Source of the DNA: Glaucostegus cemiculus
Lineage: Eukaryota
Reading direction: 5' to 3'
Length of the DNA stretch: 64,000 nt
NCBI GenBank assembly: GCA_976551045.1
Contig: CDPCPM010000005.1
Coordinates: forward strand, 1,178,001-1,242,000
Shown: one piece after another, positions 51,940 to 63,836 of the stretch
Position numbering within the stretch: position 1 is the stretch's first letter
How the letters are laid out: each line of letters starts with the position of its first letter
The notes under the pieces: generated by a model
Databases searched by the model: none
What the model was told of the DNA's origin: nothing
What the model saw: the letters and a program-made list of their open reading frames with translations, nothing else
Position numbers and translations under genes: made by a program

Positions 51940-52690
51940 GACACAGAAATGTATGGCATAGAAAGTTCATGATGTCCATGCTTGCCAAAATGGAGCTATT
52001 TAGGTTAACCCCAACAACCAGCTCTCAATCCACCGCCTTTTAGGTTATGGATCTTCAAAGGTTTAACAAGGTACTTTTTAAATGTGATGAGAGTTTCTGC
52101 CTCCACCACCCTTTCAGGCAGTATGTTTTAGACTCTTACTATTTTGGACCCTTATTAATCTCTAGGTAAAATAATTTTCCTCAGATGTACTCTAATCCAC
52201 TTGTATATCTTCAAGTTATCGATCTTTCTGCTAAGGGAAATTGATTTGAGCTGTTGGACATTCTACCTTTTATATGATGTCCTTGTAATGGGACCTTGGA
52301 GAAAGCGAGCAGAAAGTGATCTTTCTGCAAAGAGAAATTCACCCACTCAGATCTCCGTTAACTCCATACACCTCAATTAAACATCTCTTCCATCTTCAAA
52401 CAACAATTGTCTCTCCACTCTTTTCATCTAACTGATATTGTTCAGCCTTGGCGTCATCCTTTTAAGTGTTCTCTACACCCTACTTAGCGCTATCACATTG
52501 TGTGGTGACCACAACATAAAACAATACGCTGGCTGTGGCATAGCTACTGTTATATACAGTTCTTGCATGAGCTCCCACTTCTTGTATTCCATGTCTCAGC
52601 TGATAAAGTCAAGTATGCCCCTTACTTTCTTAAATACTTATCTCCCTATCCTGCTACTTTCAGTAATTTATGTACGAGTCCGAGATACTT
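51940..52690 (-). mobile_element. Degraded CR1 3' fragment
   Basis: Typical CR1 reverse-strand text (gcctccaccaccctttcaggcag; tgtggtgaccacaac). Confidence 0.7.
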
Positions 52691-54607
52691 CTTTTTACAC
52701 ATGTCATTGGTAGTGATGTGGGGCTTTTTACACCTCACCCTCAGAGGATTCAGCAAATGTTTAGTGACGTCTTTGACCCTGGCATCTGGGAGACAACAGA
52801 ACATCCTGGAATCATGTCAGTGGCTACAGAAGTACCTACCTGCCCCACTAAACATGTAGTAACCTCTATTATGTAGCTCTCCTGTCCTTCTTATCCACAT
52901 TTTGTTCAGCTCAGTCACTGGTGTTCTCAATGATTAGGATCAGCCTGTATTCTCCTTCGGAGCCATCACTTTTTCCTGTAATCAGAGGTGAAAACCTACT
53001 AAAGAAAGTGTAAAGCGTTCGAGGGTTCCTGCAGTACTTACCTGATTAGCCTAATCACCCAATCCATCTCTGCCTACAGACATGTAAGATGTGGCTTGAT
53101 CATGTGAAATGTAAGTAACAGCAACCTTTGCAGATGCACTGCAATGACACCAGTTGCAGTTGAAGGCTCAAAATCTGGATCTTATATTCTTCCAGTAAGT
53201 GACACTTTTTACAAAAAGCATCCTGGAATATCCCACAAGGGTACAGGATGAGAGTGCAGAGCTCTGCAGTGCCTCTAGTTGCTTGAATAATAATTAAAAA
53301 ACCCAGCCACATAGATGAACACTGCCCTACCACCAGGCTGCTTTGCTGGTTTGTTTAATTAAATAAATGTTACAATCTTAATTTAATGCCTTTTTAGTAA
53401 AAGTCCAAATAATTTTAACTGCCCTCTTTTCCCATTTTCTTAAATTAACCCACAGTCCTAACTTTAAAAGCCAAAATATACGAGTTCTGATACTAATCAA
53501 TCAGTTTCCTGTTGACCTTTAATGTTACTCTTTATCATGTTTCAAACTCCGGCGCAAACACAGGTCCTCATGGATCTGCTCCTTTTACTGCACTCGGGTA
53601 GGTTGATCTACCCTTAGGCCTCAGGCTTCACTTATATCCTTCACTGCCTTTGTTTGCCCTCACAACAGGTCAGCCCTCGCTGTTACACGTAGGACGGACA
53701 ATAATGGTGGAGTGTCAGAATAAATTAAGAACATAAGAACTTGTGTAAGAAATTGAGGCAGTAATAGGCCATGCAGCTGCTTTGGTAATGCCAATTCCTG
53801 ATGCTTAGCCTGGATCTGGTCTCATTTGGAGAAGTTCACAGTACCAGTATCAATTCACAACCTTTTCGATCATGCTGTTCATGGATTTACGTACAAAAAA
53901 TTACAGCACAGAAACTGGCCACTTGACTCCTTATTCCTGTTTCTGTTTACTCGCCATACAAACTCTTCGCATCCCTTCATCTCACTCTATCAGCATAATC
54001 TCCACAAGGGAATCAAGGGTAATAGGGCAAATGGAGTTGACACCAACGATCAGATCAACCATGATCTCGCTGAATGTGAGGAAAGCTTTGAGGGGGGCTT
54101 ATGGCCTATGCCTGGTCCTATTATGTGTTGTGTTATGCCATCTCCAATAACTTCTTTCATTAAATAATGTACTATTTGTCACCTTCTGTGGGTCCTTGGT
54201 GAAGTTATAAGACTATTTCTGGGCCTCTCCCATGACTGCAGTGTGGTAATCTCCTGACTATTCATAGAAAGTTGTGTTATAAAACTATTTCTGACCTGTC
54301 CCCAAGCCTGCAGCATGATTATCTTCCATCTTGACAACCAACATCCTCTCATCTGGAAAAGGTTGATGCTTATTATTGTTGTGTTTGAGATGATGCCAGA
54401 TGGTGCTACATCTCTTGCATTATCCTCTTAATGTTTGTTTTCTCTTGAGATTATCCAGCTTCCCTTCAAACCTACACATTATTCACCTCAGCTACTCCAG
54501 ATGGTGATTCATATCACATGTGTACCACTCTCTAGGTAGAACAGTTTCTCCTGAATTCCCGATTAGATTTATTGCGTACTCATCTACATTTATTGTCCAT
54601 TGTTAAG

Positions 54608-55290
54608 GGTGGCATGGTAGCATGGCAAGTAAAGCTACTGCTTCATAGATCCAGTGACCTAGGTTCGACCCTGATCTCTGGTGCTATTTGTATGGAGTTT
54701 CTCCCTGTGACTTTGTGGGTTTCCTCTGGTTGCTCTGGTTTCCTCCCACATGTTAAAGATATCAGAATCAGAATCAGTTTTATTGTCACAACCATATTCA
54801 TACATAGTATGCATAGGAGCGAGATACCGTCCTCCTCAGGTGCTCGTCCCATAAAAATAAATAACATAACAACCAACAGAGAGACACATACACACTTGGC
54901 AGAATACGCAGTACAAAACATTACACATTAGAAGCTATGGAGATTGAAATTAAATTATTACGCAGATTAAATTAAAAATGGCCAGTAAATAAATAAATAG
55001 TTCTTAAAGTGAACGGGCTGGTGTCGGGCATTTAAAGTGCTGGTGCATTTCTGTGCACCTAGCATCTCTTAGTGTCAACAAAGGAAGATGGAGGGATGTA
55101 AGTTGGTGTTTAATTGTAAGTTGTAAGATATGTAAGTTGGTGTTTAATTGACCACTTAATTTGCCTTTAAATGTAGATGAGTGACAGAATCTGGGGGAGT
55201 TGATGGCAACGTGAGAAAAATAGGATGAGCGTAAATGGGTGCTTGATGGTTATTGCGGACTTAGTGGGCTATTTCTGTGCTTTATAACTC
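54608..55290 (+). mobile_element. V-SINE interrupted by Rex copy 3
   Basis: tRNA-like head and V core up to 54762; SINE resumes at about 55125. Confidence 0.8.
54763..55098 (-). mobile_element. Young Rex1/Babar copy 3 (3' UTR plus last codons only)
   Basis: Near-identical to 34559-34891; TSD AAGATAT (54756-54762 and 55125-55131). Confidence 0.93.
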
Positions 55291-56559
55291 CATAGTGTCA
55301 TGATTCTGAGTACTGGCCCTTGATTTGGTTCCTTAGATGCCTCGTTGTACAGCACATGGATTCCATGCTGGACTGATGTCACAATGACACACACCTGAGC
55401 CCCATCAGGGGCTTAGCATAAGTACCTGGGTTTCTGTAGCATTAGTTGCCAGAGTATTGGGCAACCTTTGAGTTTACTTTGGCTCCTAGCTGCTTAGAGA
55501 GGTCTACTCTAGAGCAGTCCTGTGTTCTCCAGTCCTGCTTGAAGATTCAGTTTGTGTTAGGATTACTACTCAGATCTCTGAGGCAAGATTCCTTCCAGTG
55601 TTGCCTGTGTCCAGTCCTGAGGAAGTGTCCTGACTCCAGTCTTGTACCAGTGTGCTGCATTTGGGTTCTCTGTGAGCTTGCTCTTCAATCAACATTGTGA
55701 CACATAGTTTTAGGCTCTCCTAAAAATGTGACAGTGTCTTGTGTCCACCAACCTTACTAAATCTTTCTTACTATCCTTTTAAAATCTATTACTGGATTTG
55801 ATTTTTCTCTTAACTAGTGGGCTGCATTAAATCCATGGGCTGTATCCTATGAGGGTACTTTTGAAATTCAATCCTTGTCAGCTTTTGAAACAGTGAGTTG
55901 GCAGCACCATTTATCACACTGAAGAAATAAGCTGTGGAAAGTTGCTTCTGAGTGTTCATTAGAATGACAAATTAGTTTACGGAAGATGGAAATGCTTAAT
56001 GTACCTTTGAATGACGGTTGTGAGCTCTCCTATGCTTTGTAAGGGGGAGGCCAGCTGGTGCCTCCTTCAGTCTCCTTCATTTACATGAATAACACAGCTG
56101 CAGCCATATTACGTGAGCAAAATAAATGCCAGCCTTGATTGTATCAGCCCACATGGAATTATTTTCGCCTAGTTTATGACTCAAAGAAAATAGACTGAAA
56201 GGTCGGGAAAAGTCTTGTATTTTTATCACCTTTCACAACCTTGAGAACCACAAGTTTTAAAAAGGCTAATTTTAAATAATTTATCTTTTGAAAGATGGTC
56301 TCATGTTGATTTGGAAAACAGGCCACCAATCTGCACGCAGAAAGGAATGAGATTAATGACCAAATGATCTTGCTGCTTAATGAAATAAAAACAGTAAGTA
56401 CCAAAAATACTGCAAATCAGGCACCAGATGTGGTGAGAGAAACAGAATGAACATTTCTGATCACTGGATCTGACAAGTTAACTCTGTTTTGCTGAGTATT
56501 TCTAGTATTTCTGTTTTTTTAAATTTCAGATTTCCACTACCTGCAATATTTTGCTTTTG

Positions 56560-56815
56560 AATTGCTACAAGTGATGATGGTTAAAGAATAAATGTTGGCA
56601 AACAAGAAATGAGAGAATAGGCCTCACACTTAACAATGCAAAGGTCGTATTTCCAACCATGACCTGTTGTATAACCTCCCACCTACAAGAAAGGTCCACA
56701 AGAAAACACTGGAAAATGTCTTCAGGAAGCTTGTTGGCCTCACTGGCCATCTCAGCACCCACAAAACCAAAGTGGAAGCGGTCATCCGCAACCCCAAGGA
56801 ACCGCGTAAGAAGTC
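56560..56815 (+). mobile_element. RTE-like LINE 3' end fragment
   Basis: FRKLVGLTGHLSTHKTKVEAVI resembles the RTE C-terminus. Confidence 0.45.
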
Positions 56816-57339
56816 GTCGGCTAGGATGCCAGGGATTATTAAAACTGTGTCCTGGGATCTTTTTGGCCACTTGAAAGGAGACAGTGCCTTGGTTCAACAC
56901 CTTATCTATGGGGCTCTACCTTTAATTGGTTAGCATTTCCTCAGCTCTCCACTGGATCGCTAGGGTGGATTAATTCTCCGTAGTAGGACTTGAAGCCATG
57001 AACTCGGAATGCAAATTCATTGATTGAAAGCTACAAACTGCCTACTCATCCGGTGAACAAAGGATCTATTTAAAAAAAAAAGTAAAATATTGTTTGAAAT
57101 AGTTGACACAGAACAAAACATCTTGCTTGATTGGCACACTGTCTATTGCTCTGAACATTCATTCCCTACAGTAGCTATTGACTGTGGCTGCAGTGTGAAC
57201 CATTTATAAAATTAAATGTATCTAATATACTCTGACAGCACCTAATTTGTAAATTTTCCCAAGAAGGACGAGGGCAGTAGGCACATGGAAATAACACTGT
57301 CAGCAGGTTCATCTCCAAATCACACACCTGGAAATACAA

Positions 57340-58205
57340 GATTAGTGAAGTTGCTGAAAGTGTGGAGAGTAGTCGTAGGCTACAAGGTGATATTGATGAT
57401 ACCTTGTTAAAATAGGCTGAGTAGTGGCAGATGGAGTTTAATCCTGATAAAGGTGAGGTGATGTTTTGGGATTACTAGTAAGGCTAGGACATACCCAGTG
57501 GAGGGTCTTGTGGTGTATTGATGAACAGAGGAACCTTGGTGTACAAGTCTAAAGATCCTTGAAGGTGGCAGCATAGGTAGATAACATAGTTGAGAAGGCA
57601 TATGGTATGTTGGCTGATTTTGAATTCAAAAACAGGGAGTTTATACTCCAACTTTATAAAACATTGGTCAGAATTGGTAGACTTCAGCTGGATTTCTATA
57701 TGCAGTTCTGGTCGCCATACTAAAGAAAGGATGTGATAACGCTGCAGAGGGTGCCGAGGAGATTCACCAGGATGTTACCTCGGATGCAGTGATCCAGTTA
57801 TGAGAAGAGACTGGAGAGGCTAAGTCTGTCCTCCCTGGAGAGGAGGAGGTTAAGAGGGGACATACTGTAATTGCGGTATATGAAATTACCAGGGGTTTTG
57901 ATGCAGTAGTCTGCAGGAAAACTTTCCTCATATTAGAGGACATAAATGTATGGTAAGGGGTAAGAGCTTTAGAGGGGATCTGAGAGGGACCATTTTCACC
58001 CAGAGAGTCATGAGTATCTGGAATGCCTGAGAAAATGGTGGAAGCAGATTTGCTGATAGCATTTAGGAAGTGTCTACATGAGCACTTGAATTGCCTAGAC
58101 ATAGAAGTCTATAGGCCAAGTGCTGGAAGATGGGATTAATATAGATGGGTGCCCACTGGTCAACATGGATGTGGTGGACTGAATAGCCTTTTTCCATGCT
58201 GCATG
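57340..58205 (+). mobile_element. Degraded CR1 nested in an older LINE (57120-58400)
   Basis: WQMEFNPDK; RRFTRML; typical CR1 3' end. Confidence 0.8.
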
Positions 58206-58720
58206 ACATCACTAATACCAGTGCCATTTGGTCTAAATACTGGAATTTCCTCCTCAACAACACTGAGGAAGTATCTTCAGCAGAAGGATTACAGCAGTTC
58301 AAGAAGGCAGCTCATCACCACTTTCTCAAGGGCAAAAGGGCAATTAGGGAATGATACTTAATGATGGCCTCTTCACTGATGCCCAGATCTTGAAAATGAA
58401 TTAAAAAAAAACCACATGATTCAGTTACCCAACTAATTCTAGTTATAATTAAAAGTTACAAAAACTAGGAATTTATTGAGGGACATATTTCAGATGCTGA
58501 TTGAAAGCTGGCTGTACAATTTGGAATTTCAACAAGCAGACTAATCCAAGACCCATGAGTCTGTCTGCAGCAGGTCTGTCTTCATCACTGGCTTCATGTC
58601 AAGTGTTTTGTAACTCCAACATCTATTGAACTACCTAAACTTCTTTCTCATCAGGGGAAACTAAGTCTGACCAGAAATTTGTTCCCGGTCAGCAGTGCTC
58701 TTTGATTGGATCAGCGTGTT

Positions 58721-58782
58721 GTACCTTGCCTCTGAAATTCATTCCATTGATTTCAATGAAATTAATTTTGGAGGCAGAGTAT
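58721..58782. repeat. Imperfect palindromic element with CCATTGATTTCAATG centre
   Basis: Self-complementary, about 60 bp; related copy at 59558..59619. Confidence 0.7.
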
Positions 58783-59201
58783 AATGCACTAACATCTGTA
58801 TAGTGCCTATGCATTATGATTCTAGACCAAGACTGAATCTCAAAGCAACCTTCTGTTACAATATTAAAAACGATTGAGTATAGTATTCTGCAACTGCGTG
58901 TCAACAAAATGAGCAGAACTTCTTGTGGCAGGGAAGTTTCTGTCATGGAGTGGAGCAAGGCCTGTAGTATAACAGTGAATTACCATAGTGTTAGAGGATT
59001 TATTGATTTCAGACCAATGCTTTGGTATTTGCAATATAACAAAGGTAAGGCAATAATTAGCAAATTGAGTATTGCAGAGAAAGTTGTAATTTGATATTTA
59101 GTTACCTGGACCACAATGCCTTTATAAACTGAAACCATGCTAATGTAAATACTTTGTTATTTATATTGAAATTAGTTAAAACAGCTCTCATTTTATTACA
59201 G

Positions 59202-59439
59202 AAAAGTCTTGAAAGATTTTGGAATTCCAAGAGAAAACAACAGTGTCAATTTGAGCAAAAGAAACATAAGCCCTAGACTCCTAAGTAGTCGAGGAAAGCT
59301 TCTTAATAGTACCTGCCAGCCGTGTATCCAAGAATTATCTGTTGTCACTAATTCTGGCAGAAGCAATGACCACTGCAGGACAACCTTACGAAAACAGGAA
59401 CTGACTGGGATCAAACCTTGCCAGAAGGAAATATCTGAG
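59202..59439 (+). CDS. Coding exon H (KVLKDFGIPRENNSVNLSKRNISPRLL...KPCQKEISE, phase 2-0)
   Basis: Acceptor ctctcattttattacag, donor gag|gtaagc; 238-nt open frame (ORF 59209..59451) in unique sequence. Confidence 0.72.
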
Positions 59440-59557
59440 GTAAGCATTTAGCAACTGCAGTCTAAGTGAAATAATTTGTTAAATACATTATCATAAATTT
59501 CCATTTTGTAGAGTTATATCCGCAGGCAGTGGCACTAGCTGGTTGCATCAGTTCATT

Positions 59558-59619
59558 GTACTCTGCCTGCAGAGTTCACTCCATTGACTTCAATGGAATA
59601 AACTTTGGAGGCGGAGCAT
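59558..59619. repeat. Imperfect palindromic element with CCATTGACTTCAATGG centre
   Basis: Self-complementary, about 60 bp; related copy at 58721..58782. Confidence 0.7.
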
Positions 59620-60159
59620 AATTCCAAAGTAACTGTGAAAGCTGTTTATAACTGGTCCAAGGGTACATTTCTAAGCAGTTCTCTGTTACCACATTTTAAA
59701 AGCTTACGGGAGATGTACTGAAGTTTTTCAGTATGGGTAACTGTTAGTTAGGAACCATTTCTGTTATTTGGAAAATCTAAGATTAGGGGATATAGCCTAA
59801 AAATTGAGGCCAAGCCACTTAAGAGAGTTTCCGAATTAGTAGGATGTTAGATCTTTGGAATTGCACATGACAATTGATTATAGTTCAATTTTTATTTCAA
59901 AATCTGAGACTAGAGGAATTCTGTTGGGCAAAGAAATAAGAGATGTTGTTGGAACATCTAATTTTGCTCTCGCAACTTTACTATTGGCAGCTATGCCTTC
60001 AGCTGCTAAGAACTTAAGCTCTAGGATTTCCTCCCCTTTTCTACCTTGGTCCCTTCTTTTAAGATGTTCTTTGAATCTACCTATTAACCATATATTTTGT
60101 TCATTTGACTAAATATTTCTTTAGTGACTCAGTGTAAAATTTTGTTTGCGAATTTGTTT

Positions 60160-60460
60160 GGGCAACCCAATGGTGTAATTAGTAGAGCTGCTGTCTCACA
60201 GCTCCAATGACCTGGGTTCAGTCCTAACCTCTGGTGCTGTTGTGTGGTGTTCATACATTCTCCATGTGACCAAGTGAGTTTCCTCTGATGCTCCAGTTTC
60301 TTTGCACAACCCAAAGATGTACAGGTTGGTAAGTTAATTGACTACTGTAAATTGCCACTACTGTGTAAGTGTGTGATAGAATCTGGGGGAATTGATGGGA
60401 ATTTGAGGAGAATTAAAAAGGGATTAGTGTAAATAGGAATTTGATGGTCAGCATGCACTT
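60160..60460 (+). mobile_element. V-SINE (older)
   Basis: tRNA-like head plus ttctccatgtgacc...ctccagtttc core. Confidence 0.75.
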
Positions 60461-61214
60461 AAAAGGACAAATTAATCTATGAATATTCTTGCAAAGTCCC
60501 CTTGGAATATTCTGCTGTGTTAAAGGTGATATATAAACATAAATTCTGCTTGTTGGGAGTTTCCAACTTTTTTTCACTGAATTCCAGAGCAAGTGTGTAC
60601 AGTAGATATATGACATTTGCATAACAGAGAAAAAAAATAATGCACTAGTTATGTACAATTATCTTTGGCAATCACACAGAACCACATTCTAATTTATTTT
60701 GTTTGAGAAGGTAAAGTTCCCTACAGCTATCTGCTGTTCTTCACAATAAGCCATGGCTGAGCCAGTAGTGGAATAGCATCTAAGTTCAAATGTGGTGGGT
60801 TCAAGTCCCACTCTTGAATTTACTGCTGCCTCAACTTGTTGCTGAAAAGCTCATCAATGCTTTGCCTCTCTCAGAAGATATGAATCTCTCTGCCCCTGAG
60901 AGTGGTGAAGGCCAGATTATTAGCTATAGTTAATATTGGGACAGATAAATATTTGAAAGATCGAGGAACTGATACAGAAGAGTTGAGGCCAGCATAGATC
61001 AGCCATGATGATATCAAATGGCAGGGCAAGCTTGAGGGGCCTGGTGGCCTACTTCTGCTCCTATTTCCTTGTGTTCTTTTGTGTCCTTTTCTTGCAGCTT
61101 CTCTTAGTCTCCCCAGCGCACAATGATTCTGGCTTACACTTCAACGCATTACTCCAGGGATACTGCCTTTCAGTTGAGATGTTAAACCAAGGCCACGTCT
61201 GTTCCTAGAGCATA

Positions 61215-62110
61215 AAAACGTAGAGAATTCCAGAGGTTCACCACTCTCTAAATGAAGAAATCTCTCCTCATTTCAGTCCCAAATGGCATATGCCTTGTTC
61301 AGCATCTGTGCTCTCTAGTCCTAGACTCCTCAGCCAGGGAAAAGATCTTGTCTTCATTTAGCCTGTCACATACCTTAAGAATTTTGTATGCTTTGATAAG
61401 ATCTCTTATTCTTCTGAGATCTAGAGAATACAGTCCCAGTCTACTCAATCTCTCATTGTTCAGCAAACTTGCCATCCCTGGATCCAGTCTGGTGAATCTT
61501 AGCTGTATTCTATTATGGCAAGTACAACCTTCCTGAGGTGAGGAGACCAGTACTGTGCACAGTACTCCCAAGTGCAGGCTCATCAAGGCATTATACCATT
61601 GCAATAAGACTTTCTTACTCTTGTATCCAAATCCTCTCATAAAAAGGCTAACATGCCATTTATCCACTTAATCCCTTGTTGCACCTGCATATAAACTTCC
61701 AACATCTTGTGTACAAGCACACCTAAGACCCTTTGAACATCAACACAACCCACTCTCTCACCATTTACTAAATACTCAACTTTTCTGTTGTGTGGGCCTA
61801 TGTAAATAATCTCATTTTTTCACATTTTTATTTCATCTGTCGTATACTTATCCATTCACTCAACTTGTCCACATCGCCTTGAAATTTTTTTATATCTTCT
61901 TCCAGACTCACAATTCCAACTAGTGAAGTTTTTCCCTCTTTCTCTTTTCCTTCTTTCTTAAATAGTTGGGAGTTAGGGGAGTAGGGGGGTCACATTTGCC
62001 ACCTTTCAATCCACAGAAACGATTCCAGAATGTGTGAAACTTCGGATGTTACACAGAACATATAATATCTTGAAAGCCACCTCTTGGATATAAATCATTA
62101 TGTCCCTGAG
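61215..62110 (-). mobile_element. Degraded CR1 with internal deletion
   Basis: ORF 61299..61667 (GFGYKSKKVLLQ...RFTRLDPGM...LGLYSL). Confidence 0.85.
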
Positions 62111-62479
62111 ATTTATCAGCTTTGAAGCTCACCACACTCCCTCATATTATATTTTTGGCCAATACTTTGTTCCTTCAGGTCTTCATTCTTGCTATCTCCT
62201 TGATTCTTTAATATATCTGATAGTCCTTATCTAAGGTTGAATGCCATTTCTTCAACAAAGAGCAATGTTGTTGCCCCTGGTGTCCTGGCCATTGATGTTC
62301 ATCTTGTATTTTCTTGTGGTTCTTGGTTTATTGGCTAAAAGAGTCCAAAGGAACGAGGTTTCAAATGAGCACTGTAAGATCTGGGCTCGGGGACTGAACT
62401 TTTGGATCATTTGGTGAGACTTTCAAATATTCTTCTTTACTTGGGTATCTTTTTCACAGTATGTTTCATACAGTTATAA

Positions 62480-62660
62480 TGTCATAGAGTAATACAGCAT
62501 GGAAACAGGCCCTTTCGCCCAATTGGTCCATGCTGACCACAGCATCCTTCCTGCGAGTCTCCGTTGCCCACATTTGGTCCATAGCCTTCCAAGCCCCTCC
62601 CCTCTATGTTCCTATCCAAATGCCTTTTTAAATGTTGCATTTGTACCCACCTTGACCAGT
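62480..62660 (-). mobile_element. CR1 3' tail fragment
   Basis: FKRHLDR...GLEGYGP-like translation in ORF 62482. Confidence 0.75.
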
Positions 62661-62824
62661 TCCTAAGCTGTATGGTCCTCCAAAGAATCAAGATCCTGAT
62701 CATCTCGCTTCAGTACCCATATTATCAGTACCAATATTGCAGAGCTTCATTGTTTATTTCAAACACTTATTATCTCTTGTCTTATTCATTTCTGAACCGC
62801 CTTCCTTTCAAGTGTTCTCCTTAG

Positions 62825-62896
62825 AAAAAGGCATTGGGCCGGCTCATACTTGACATGGCCTGCAACATGAGTTCACCCTGCATGACCTCTGAGTGA
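62825..62896 (+). CDS. Candidate terminal coding exon I (KKALGRLILDMACNMSSPCMTSE*)
   Basis: Pyrimidine-rich acceptor cttcctttcaagtgttctccttag, phase 0 matching exon H, stop TGA; downstream ATTAAA (about 63050) and AATAAA (63074-63079). Confidence 0.55.
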   Translation, partial: KKALGRLILDMACNMSSPCMTSE

Positions 62897-63016
62897 TGAC
62901 TAAGCCTCAGGTGACGGAACTTGAGACCCCGACTCCTGGACCACCCTGCCTTTTCAACTGTTTCTAACTAATCAGTTGTAATAGATTTAAATACTCTTAA
63001 AAGTGAGGAAAATACA

Positions 63017-63022
63017 TTTATT
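63017..63022 (-). terminator. Candidate polyadenylation signal of the - strand gene
   Basis: Minus-strand AATAAA about 215 nt after the stop at 63237, followed by U-rich sequence. Confidence 0.35.
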
Positions 63023-63073
63023 TGAAACACATTTATAGCACATAAATTCATTAAAAATATGAATAATATTTAA

Positions 63074-63079
63074 AATAAA
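63074..63079 (+). terminator. Candidate polyadenylation signal of the + strand gene
   Basis: AATAAA about 180 nt after the stop at 62896. Confidence 0.35.
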
Positions 63080-63236
63080 GAAAAGGCTCATCCAGGTCAA
63101 CAGCCCCATTCAAGTGAATGAGGCTGTGTTGGTTACACCTGCCATGCCCGACGTAAAGCTACAGGGCTTGATACCAAGTATGTCTGGCCTCAAAGGTTAT
63201 TTCGACCTGGAACCACTCCTGGAATCAGCAATAAGT

Positions 63237-63376
63237 CTAAGGGCGGAGTGCCAGCATCTGAGCTCCAGAGCTATCCAAACCTCTCTGTTGCACTGCACAG
63301 GCATAGATGTCAGGAATGAGCTGATCCCTGCACTGCTGGTCGTTCTCAAGGAACTGTCTGTCAGTGACATGATGCA
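63237..63376 (-). CDS. Candidate terminal coding exon of a convergent - strand gene (x-HHVTDRQFLENDQQCRDQLIPDIYACAVQQRGLDSSGAQMLALRP*)
   Basis: Minus-strand acceptor ctttatgtctctgtattgcag, protein-like GC-richer frame ending TAG; minus-strand AATAAA at 63022-63017. Confidence 0.5.
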
Positions 63377-63836
63377 CTGCAATACAGAGACATAAAGATC
63401 CACACAGATTTCATCTCAGTCTTTTTTCTAGATTTTTACCATACTGGTATCCATCTGCTGATATTATACAATACACAAACAAGGTCACCATTTCTATTTT
63501 TAAAACCTTTGATGAACCATTGCTCATTTATGGTAAAATCACATGCTATCAGCAGATGAGAGAAGTTTGCAGATGAAAGGACTAATTCTGTGGCAGCATG
63601 ACAGAAAGATCTCATGGTACTATAATGTAACATTTCAAGAAATTAATGTGACACGGGATTTTTTTTGTATTACGTTACTCAAAAACACTGTATACTGTTG
63701 TTTCACAATGAATTCAGTGCTAAGACTTTTGATGCAGAATGCAAAACACAAAGTGTATTGCATTTTTAACAGTTATTAATGGGGTCTGTACAAAGCCAGT
63801 GAGAATATTTTATCTATTAGCATATCACCATTAGTA

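Noticed and set aside
63114-63395. 93-aa + strand ORF
   Set aside because: Most likely the antisense shadow of the - strand terminal exon and UTR; it lies past the + poly(A) signal.
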